Shown here in pieces: positions 7,727 through 13,989 of a DNA stretch of 13,989 bases; within the stretch, counting starts at the first letter, position 1; each line of letters begins with the position of its first letter. The DNA comes from Armatimonadia bacterium (GTDB taxonomy: Bacteria > Armatimonadota > Zipacnadia > Zipacnadales > UBA11051), in NCBI GenBank assembly GCA_039683575.1, contig JBDKRC010000079.1:1-13989 (forward strand). Reading direction: 5' to 3'. The translations under genes and the position numbers were made by a program. The notes below the pieces were generated by a model. That model did not search any database. It was not told the origin of the DNA and saw only the letters and a program-made list of their open reading frames with translations.

Positions 7727-10579
7727 CTATCGCAGCTGCAGCGGCGTCAGCGCCGTCACCTTCCCGCCACTGTCGTTCCGCGCCTCCACTGTTACCAGGT
7801 ACATCCCCGCAGGCGCTTTCACACCGCTCAGCGTCCTCCCGTTCCATGCCAGCGAACTCACTCCCGCCGGCAGGCCCGCCTCCGGCAGCACCGCGATGGC
7901 CCGTCCGGCCATGTTGCTGATGCTTACCTGCACCTCCGCCGCCGAGCTGAGGACCACCGAGATCGCCGCTCCCTGCGCCGTATCTGCCGCACTCGCCGTT
8001 ACCATCCCCGCCGCCCCGGCCGCAAGCTCCGTCGTGAACCGCCAGCTCTGGTCCTGCCCCATCGCAACCCGGCGTGAGGTCATGCACGCCCGCCGCACCG
8101 TGACTGTATACGATGTTCCGGCCGCCAGGGCGTTGTCTGGGTTGAAGGTCGCCGTCTTGTTGTCCTCGCTCCAGGTCCAGACACCGCTTCCCACTGCCGG
8201 CGCGATGACGACATTATCCTGCACGCTCACGCGGTTCATGGGCCGGTCGAACGTCACCAGGATGTTCATCGAACGTGCCACGCCCTCGCCACGGGGCCGC
8301 CAGTTGGTGAGTGCCGCCCCGTCGTTGGTAGTGAACGAGGAGGCAAAGCCCGTGGTCACATCGCCACCGTCTTGCCGTGTGATCACGCTGCGGAAGCCGA
8401 CCTGATGGTCAGTCAGCCCCGCAAGCGGCGTTGTTGGTCTGATGCGCAGCACCGTACCAGGGGTAGTCCAGGACGCAGTGCGCTCCGGCTCGACGTCGCC
8501 GGCACGGAGGAACAAAGCGGCTGCCGCATCCTCCAGTACCGGCCTTCGGAAGGTGACCACGACGTTGGGCCAGCGATACACGCCGCTGGCGCCATCGGCC
8601 GGCGCTATGGACTCCACCAGCCCCCGCAACGTCACGGCCGCGCTCGCGCGCCAGCCGCTGAACAACGTCCCGTCGGTCGCCTTCACTCGCGCCCTGATCT
8701 TCGCCCCGGGGGGCAGATCATTGGTCGGTAGGCTCGGCCAATCTGCCCAAGCTTCCCAGGTACCATCACCCTCCGGGTCCACCTGGAACTCGTGCCAGTA
8801 GAAGACCTGATCCCCGTCCGGGTCAATGCTCCCGTCCCCGTCGGCTATCAGTAGATCGCCCTGTACCGGCGCCGCTGGCGTAAGGGTGCAGAGAGTCGGT
8901 GTGCTCGGCGCGTGGTTGACGTTCCTGACCTGCACCGGCTGGCTGTAAGACCAGCCGCTGTCCGCCGTCGCAGTGTGCGCCCTGGCCGCCACCCGCCACC
9001 ACTGGCCGTTGCTGGTTGCCCCTCCCGGCAAGGGGTTGACGGTGATCGCCGACCAGGTCCACGGGCCGGCCTGGCTCAAGCTCACTTGCCACTCATACTG
9101 GTAGCTGATCGGGTCGCCATCGACGTCCTGGCTGCCCTCCGCCGTCGCCGTCAGCGGATCAGCGAGCACAGGGGTCAGCGGGCTGACGTTCACGCTCGTC
9201 GGTCGCGTCGGGGGATGCTGGACGTCGGTTAACGTGACCTCGGCGCTGCTGTTCCATGGCCCATAGGCATTGCCGTCATGCGCCCGCGCCTGTGCCTTCC
9301 ACCTCTCGCCCGGAGCGGTGCGGGAGGCCGGCAGCGTGCGGGTGTACGCATCCATGAGTATGAGGCCATTCCTGACCCAGCGGTACTGGTAGGTCAGGGC
9401 GTCGCCGTCTGCGTCGGTACTGCCGACAGCCGAAGCGGTGAGGTCATCGTCTTCATCCGGCTCGCCTGGCGATACCAGCACCCTGGTCGACGTCGGCGCC
9501 GTGTTGGCGATCGTGATGATGTCCGAGTATATGAACCCGGACTTGGCCCCATGACTGTCACAGGCCCGCGCCCGCACTCGCCACTGCTGGCCCTTCGTGG
9601 TCCTGAAGGCCAGCAGCGTCTGGCCGTCGTAGGCCATGTACTTGCCCCAGATGGCGCCGCTCTTGACTGACCACTGGTACTCGTAGGTGATTGGATCGAG
9701 GATCACAGCGGTGTTGTCGCCGTCAACCGATCCCGAGGCTGTGGCGGTGATGGCGTCCGCGGTTCGGGGCTGCGAGGGGTTGATCGCCAGGGAAGTGGGC
9801 GTGGTCGGGGTCGCGTTCTCGACTATGATGCTGACTTCTCGTATCTCGGTGCTGTTGTCGTCGCCATCGTTCGTCCAGCACTGCAGCCGGAGCGTCTGCC
9901 CGCCCTGTGTCACAACCTCCGAAAGCTCCGGACCATTGCATAGCCACTGCAGGCTGCCGTTGCCCAGCACGCGATGCCACACGATGCTGTAGCTTATCTG
10001 GTCGCCGTCAATATCGCTGCCCCCGACGGCGGTCGCCGTGATACTGTCCGCCCCAGTGGGGTGCAGCGGGCTATAGGTCAGCCCGGTCGGGGCCGTCGGC
10101 GGTGTGTTGCCCACGGCTATGATGTCGCCTGCCGTCCACGAGCTATAGTACTCGTACAGGGGCAGGGCGCACCTTACCCGGGATCGGAACTGAACCTGCG
10201 CCCCCTTCGTCCAGTTGCCCGTGACAACTGCCGCCTGGCCCCAACTGGACTGCTTATAGTTGTCTTCATGGCTCGTTTCGCAAACCGAGGAGCTCCAGTC
10301 CGACCAACCCGCTGTCGAGTTGGGCCTGGTCCGGTACGCGAAGAAGTAGATGACGTCGTAGGTCTCGGTCTCTCCCAAGACGGGGTCCCATTGCGCCTCG
10401 TACCCGCCCTCACCGCGACAGGTATAGGTGGTGCCATAGCGGGGCCCGAAATCGAAACTTGCAGTGACGTCGGTCGGCTGATGCGATACCGCATACAGAT
10501 GCGCCTCAGCCGGCACACCGCTCAAGATGACGGCAGCTACCGCCAGAAGTGCAAAAGACACCCGGTGCACGTTTGTCAT
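7727..10579 (-). CDS. large secreted Ig-repeat protein: divergent head + 5 DxDGD-type repeats + 2 SbsA-type Ig + CTD-like tail (~950 aa)
   Basis: SD GAGGGAGG before ATG 10579; signal peptide MTNVHRVSFALLAVAAVILSGVPAEA; five ~95-105-aa repeats beginning NTPPTAP, NATPTTP, NTAPTS, QHPPTRP and NHAPSTP; two VTFxRP SbsA-like domains ending FTT; tail WNGR...APAGMYLVTVEAR...LQLR. Confidence 0.88.
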   Translation of the reverse strand: MTNVHRVSFALLAVAAVILSGVPAEAHLYAVSHQPTDVTASFDFGPRYGTTYTCRGEGGYEAQWDPVLGETETYDVIYFFAYRTRPNSTAGWSDWSSSVCETSHEDNYKQSSWGQAAVVTGNWTKGAQVQFRSRVRCALPLYEYYSSWTAGDIIAVGNTPPTAPTGLTYSPLHPTGADSITATAVGGSDIDGDQISYSIVWHRVLGNGSLQWLCNGPELSEVVTQGGQTLRLQCWTNDGDDNSTEIREVSIIVENATPTTPTSLAINPSQPRTADAITATASGSVDGDNTAVILDPITYEYQWSVKSGAIWGKYMAYDGQTLLAFRTTKGQQWRVRARACDSHGAKSGFIYSDIITIANTAPTSTRVLVSPGEPDEDDDLTASAVGSTDADGDALTYQYRWVRNGLILMDAYTRTLPASRTAPGERWKAQARAHDGNAYGPWNSSAEVTLTDVQHPPTRPTSVNVSPLTPVLADPLTATAEGSQDVDGDPISYQYEWQVSLSQAGPWTWSAITVNPLPGGATSNGQWWRVAARAHTATADSGWSYSQPVQVRNVNHAPSTPTLCTLTPAAPVQGDLLIADGDGSIDPDGDQVFYWHEFQVDPEGDGTWEAWADWPSLPTNDLPPGAKIRARVKATDGTLFSGWRASAAVTLRGLVESIAPADGASGVYRWPNVVVTFRRPVLEDAAAALFLRAGDVEPERTASWTTPGTVLRIRPTTPLAGLTDHQVGFRSVITRQDGGDVTTGFASSFTTNDGAALTNWRPRGEGVARSMNILVTFDRPMNRVSVQDNVVIAPAVGSGVWTWSEDNKTATFNPDNALAAGTSYTVTVRRACMTSRRVAMGQDQSWRFTTELAAGAAGMVTASAADTAQGAAISVVLSSAAEVQVSISNMAGRAIAVLPEAGLPAGVSSLAWNGRTLSGVKAPAGMYLVTVEARNDSGGKVTALTPLQLR

Positions 10580-10639
10580 GTGGCTGGGCCTCCCTCGACG
10601 CAAACTGAGCAGACAACCTGGTTACTCAATTTCGTCGCA

Positions 10640-10676
10640 AGCTTCATCTTCTCCTGCCGCCGCCGTAGATGAAGCT
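10640..10676. promoter_or_regulatory. 10-bp perfect inverted repeat with a 17-bp spacer (RNA hairpin or protein-binding site)
   Basis: agcttcatct (10640-10649) / agatgaagct (10667-10676), in the intergenic gap. Confidence 0.4.
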
Positions 10677-10699
10677 GTTCCGCCAGCCCAGGGCGCTCA

Positions 10700-12022
10700 T
10701 CACTTGCGCGGGCGCGCTACCAGCGTCACATCATCAAACCACACCTTGCCCTTGCCCCTCAGCACCAGAAACACCGTCAGCCGGCCGTGCTCCAGGTCCG
10801 GAACCTCCTTCGGCCGCAGCACCACTCGGTACTGCGTCCACCCCGTCGTCCCGCTGATGACATCGGTGCTGTTGCCACTCGCCGGCCCGGACGGCGTGAA
10901 CGCGCTCATTACCATATAAGCCTTGTTCGCCCCCTCTGTCTTCATCCACACCGACGCCTCGTAGTCGCAATCGGCCCGCAGCCCCACCGTACGATGCCAG
11001 TTCAGATACACCTTCTCGTCCGGCCCGCCGTCATTGCTGATGCTGACGCACGACTCCCCGTCATGCGCCCCCGCCTCCTCCCACACAAACGCCACCTTAT
11101 CCCCAAACTCCTGCCGGGTATCGGTGTTGAGCGGCCACAGGTTCGGGTTCGCCGGGCACCACCCATACGGCAGATCGCCCACGCCATTCTCAAACCCGCT
11201 GTTGTACGTCATGTCAACGGCAGGCTGCTCCTGCACGCCAATGAACTCCACCGGCTCCAGGCGCACGTCATCAATCCATGCCGTGCCGCTGGACTGCAGC
11301 ATGTGAATGCTCAGCGTCCCCTCGGTCACCGGCTGGCACACCCAGAACTCCGTCTCCATCGTGGCCCATTCCGGTGAATTCCCGACCGCCACGTTGTGCG
11401 CTATCGCGCTGTGCTCGGTGCCGCCCGTCATATCCCGCGCCGTCAGCTTCACCACCAGCCGCGGCTGCCCCTCGGTGCGGTACTGCATGCGGAACCGGTA
11501 GTGCCGAGTCTCGACCAACGGTATCGTCGGCCAGTTCTGGATTCCCTGCAGCTTCTCCCCGATCTTCCCGCTGATCTTCACAGCCTTGCCGCCACCGGCC
11601 ACGGGGCTCTCCACCAATTCGCTTGCTCCCCCTCCGTTCAAAACCACCCACCCGGCCAGCCCAGCGTCGAAATTCCCATTGGCAACGCGGTTCTCGCCGT
11701 AGGCATAGTCTCCCGCCGCCCCCGGCAACTTCCCCTTCAGCAGTACATACCCATCAACCGTCTTCTCATACTTGCATCCCACCTGCCGGCAGACCTCAGC
11801 CAGCACCGCCACCAGGTCCGTATGCTCCATCTTCAGCGTCACCACTCCCGCCAGCCCCTCCTGCGCGGTTAGCTTCAGCCCCATCTGTTGCGACAGCGCC
11901 TCCAGTGCCGCTGGCAGCGGCTTACCCTCAATATTCACCGAAATCCCCTGAGCCTGCACCGGCAGGCACCCCACGATCATCCCGAGCACACACATAACGG
12001 CTACGATGGCAGTAAGTCTCAT
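10700..12022 (-). CDS. secreted protein with an STN/secretin-N0-like domain and two CBM4/9-like carbohydrate-binding domains (~440 aa)
   Basis: Signal peptide MRLTAIVAVMCVLGMIVGCLPVQA; ISVNIEGKPLPAALEALSQQMGL...VTLKMEHTDLVAVLAEVC...Y is STN-like; two N-x-x-F(D/E)...W...G-x-x-W-x-DDV-x-L jelly-roll domains. Start placed at ATG 12022; the track start is 12055. Confidence 0.8.
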   Translation of the reverse strand: MRLTAIVAVMCVLGMIVGCLPVQAQGISVNIEGKPLPAALEALSQQMGLKLTAQEGLAGVVTLKMEHTDLVAVLAEVCRQVGCKYEKTVDGYVLLKGKLPGAAGDYAYGENRVANGNFDAGLAGWVVLNGGGASELVESPVAGGGKAVKISGKIGEKLQGIQNWPTIPLVETRHYRFRMQYRTEGQPRLVVKLTARDMTGGTEHSAIAHNVAVGNSPEWATMETEFWVCQPVTEGTLSIHMLQSSGTAWIDDVRLEPVEFIGVQEQPAVDMTYNSGFENGVGDLPYGWCPANPNLWPLNTDTRQEFGDKVAFVWEEAGAHDGESCVSISNDGGPDEKVYLNWHRTVGLRADCDYEASVWMKTEGANKAYMVMSAFTPSGPASGNSTDVISGTTGWTQYRVVLRPKEVPDLEHGRLTVFLVLRGKGKVWFDDVTLVARPRK

Positions 12023-12107
12023 GTTGCGCACATCCTTCCCCTGAGTTGATGGCACACTGCCCTTACCCCTACTGTAGAACCGGCCCTATTGAACTGTTAG
12101 ACCCGCC

Positions 12108-12512
12108 TCAGTCGGCCTCCGGCCCCTTTTGCCCGTTTTGCTCCGTTACCTTCTCTAGCGCCTGCTCCTCCTGCTCCTGCTTCTGCTCGATCTGCTTCTC
12201 GCTGTCCTCAATATGGCCGAGGATGCCCTCGATCTTGACGAGAATGCCGTCCTGGTTTTCGAGGATTTGCTTCTGCGCATCCATCTGCTTCATCTGGTTC
12301 GCATACAGGCTGGCACCCACCACCGCATTGACGGCCAGCAGCAGCAACTGCAGATCGTTCTCCAGGTTGAGCAGCAACTGGTTCAGCTTCGGCGGATACA
12401 TGACCCGCAAAATCACGCAAAACGTCAGCGCCGTCCAGAAGAACCACATGTTCCCGGTAGCGTTGGCAATGACCACCGCAATCCTATCATTGAACCCCTT
12501 CACCTTTTCCAT
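12108..12512 (-). CDS. small membrane protein, DUF1003-like, with a Q/E-rich coiled-coil tail
   Basis: SD GGGAGG; NDRIAVVIANATGNMWFFW followed by a hydrophobic helix, then YP...LLLNL and a second hydrophobic stretch, similar in layout to DUF1003. The family assignment is tentative. Confidence 0.7.
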   Translation of the reverse strand: MEKVKGFNDRIAVVIANATGNMWFFWTALTFCVILRVMYPPKLNQLLLNLENDLQLLLLAVNAVVGASLYANQMKQMDAQKQILENQDGILVKIEGILGHIEDSEKQIEQKQEQEEQALEKVTEQNGQKGPEAD

Positions 12513-12533
12513 AGTCGCCTCCCTGGTTCCCCC

Positions 12534-13533
12534 TTACGCATTAACAACCTCAATCAGCGCCATGATATTCTCCGGCCTGGCATCCCCCGGTATCCCATGC
12601 GCCGGGGCCAGGATGTAGCCGCCGTCCTTGCCCACCTCCGCCATCATCCGCTTCGCCTCCGCCCGCACTTCCTCCGGCGTCCCGTACGGCAGTAGCTGCT
12701 GCGTGCTGATCCCGCCCCAGAAGCTCAGCCGGTCCCCGTATAGCCGCTTCATCTCGTACGGGTCCATGACTTCCGGCTGGAAGGGGTTGAAGCAGTCCAG
12801 GCCGATCTCGATGAGCTGCGGGAACAGCTCCTGCACCATCCCGCACGAGTGGATCGTCACAAACTTCCCCGCCGCCTTGCCCGCCGCATACATCCGCGCC
12901 AGACGCGGCTTGAGGAACCGCTCCCACAGCCTCGGCCCCATGAGCAGGCCCCGCTGGCTCCCCCAGTCATCCCCGAAGTGAATGGCATCAATGTCGTACT
13001 TCAGCGCCTGCTCGATCACTGCCACGTTGTAGTCGCAGATCACGTCCAGAAGCTCATCCACAAACTCCGGCGCCTCGATCATGTCCATGAAGAAGTTTTC
13101 CATCCCCCGCATCGTCCATGCCCGCTCGAAGAGCGAGAACCCGATGCCAAACTGCACGAACTTCCCCTCCCCCGCCGCGATGCTCTCCTTTAGGCCCCTC
13201 AAACTTCGCCGGGTCGCGCGGGTCGGGCATTTCCAGCTTGTCCAGGTTCCGCTCCGGTATCACGCGGTTGCACACGTTCCCGATGTCCCGGTCAATCGAG
13301 CGGTCCCACTGCACGCCGAACTCATCCTGCCACAGTGTCTCACTTAGCCACTGGTCCTTGGGCCCCGGCCTCGCGCCAACGCCATGCAGCGCGTTGTCGA
13401 TCAGGGGCCAGAAGCTATCCCCATACCGCGCGGTCATAGCCGCCGCGGCCTTCTGGGTAAAGCCAATGGTATAGGGCGTCCGGTCAGGTTGCCGGTGCTC
13501 AAGCGAAGCAACAACGCGCTCTTTGTTGGTCAT
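12534..13533 (-). pseudogene. uroporphyrinogen decarboxylase/MtaA-CmuA family protein split by a +1 frameshift (pseudogene or sequencing error)
   Basis: The N-half MTNKERVVASLEHRQPDRTP...DEFGVQW...MPDP and the C-half FERAWTMRGMENFFMD...GDDWGSQRGLL...IHSCG...FWGGISTQ..LP.GTPEEV...GGYILAPAH...ENI lie in different frames. The span is 1000 nt; removing one base from the run at 13195-13198 gives 332 aa. Confidence 0.88.
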
Positions 13534-13552
13534 GACACTCTCCCAGACAGTA

Positions 13553-13749
13553 CTGCATGCGCGTCGGTGCGAGACGCACCGACCTACGCGACAGACGGCG
13601 CGTAGGCGAGTTCGTCTCGAACCCAATGCCCTGCATGCGCGTCGGTGCGAGACGCACCGACCTACGCGACAGATGGCGCGTAGGCGAGTTCGTCTCGAAC
13701 CCGCGCCCGGTCGTGCGACGCCGCGTAGGCGGGTTCGTCTCGAACCCGC
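13553..13749. repeat. BIME-like REP array: two 78-bp-period units plus an extra REP (5 REPs of 2 types)
   Basis: Type A on the minus strand, GTAG-GTCGGTGCG-TCT-CGCACCGAC, at 13563-13587 and 13641-13665. Type B on the plus strand, GTAG-GCGRGTTCG-TCT-CGAACCC(GC), at 13602-13624, 13680-13704 and 13725-13749. The units start at 13553 and 13631. Confidence 0.85.
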
Positions 13750-13772
13750 AGCACTGCCAGGAGCCTTCGACA

Positions 13773-13817
13773 GGAAAAAGAACGGCACCTGCCGGAGCGG
13801 TCGTCCGGCAGGTGCCG
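13773..13817 (-). terminator. strong intrinsic terminator
   Basis: 14-bp perfect stem cggcacctgccgga (13783-13796)/tccggcaggtgccg (13804-13817) with a 7-nt loop, followed by TTCTTTTT on the minus strand, 30 nt after the stop at 13848. Confidence 0.88.
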
Positions 13818-13847
13818 GGAGGCACGAGGGGCTCGGGAGGGGCAAGC

Positions 13848-13989
13848 TCAGGGCGCCGGCGCGAATTGGGCCGGGGCCGCGGGCGCCGACGGATGGCGCA
13901 TGCGCCGCCGATGGTTCACGACCAGCACCGCGAGCACCAGCAGCACGACGGCGAGCATGGTGCCCCCGGCGATCAGAGTGCCGCTGCCG
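13848..13989 (-). CDS. C-terminal fragment of a membrane-anchored protein (5' part outside the window)
   Basis: Manual translation ...GSGTLIAGGTMLAVVLLVLAVLVVNHRRRMRHPSAPAAPAQFAPAP*: a transmembrane helix, a basic cluster and a Pro/Ala tail, followed by a terminator. Confidence 0.7.
   Translation of the reverse strand, partial: GSGTLIAGGTMLAVVLLVLAVLVVNHRRRMRHPSAPAAPAQFAPAP

Noticed and set aside
2900-10579. Diversity-generating retroelement or invertible cassette acting on the three similar 3' ends
   Set aside because: The tails are diverged throughout rather than only at adenines, and I saw no reverse transcriptase, recombinase, near-identical template repeat or flanking inversion sites.
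12534-13533. Gene symbol hemE
   Set aside because: The HemE N-terminal W-x-M-R-Q-A-G-R motif is absent and there is no tetrapyrrole gene context.
68-13605. Numerous long + strand ORFs (e.g. 68..691, 776..1735, 3344..4102, 7587..8405, 9974..10672)
   Set aside because: They are antisense shadows of GC-rich minus-strand genes, with low-complexity or Arg/Pro-rich translations and no recognisable motifs.
13553-13749. CRISPR array
   Set aside because: The inter-repeat sequences are themselves duplicated rather than unique spacers, the repeats alternate in orientation, and no cas genes are present.
13054-13845. 263-aa ORF read as a single gene with a repetitive N-terminal extension
   Set aside because: Its first part runs through a terminator and the REP array, staying open because 78 is a multiple of 3 and GC is high. 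Only the segment from 13533 to about 13198 is real, as the UroD N-half.

Overview
GC-rich bacterial window in which every credible gene is on the minus strand. The gene content suggests an Armatimonadota-like organism (inference only). In transcription order (right to left): the C-terminal membrane anchor of a gene cut by the window edge; a strong intrinsic terminator; a BIME-like array of five GTAG-type REP hairpins; a UroD/MtaA-family gene broken by a single-base frameshift; a small DUF1003-like membrane protein; a secreted STN-like + 2x CBM4/9-like protein; three large secreted modular proteins; a terminator; a cytoplasmic GH127 glycosidase; a probable amidohydrolase gene scar; and a GHL10-like TIM-barrel gene, absent from the ORF track, with a REP hairpin inside its reading frame. 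The three large proteins have different heads and stalk lengths but share an SbsA-type Ig domain and a ~90-aa FlgD-Ig/T9SS-CTD-like tail ending in QLR-stop. That shared tail, a candidate sorting or surface-display signal, is the best lead for an undescribed system. All family calls come from motif recognition by eye, not database searches.
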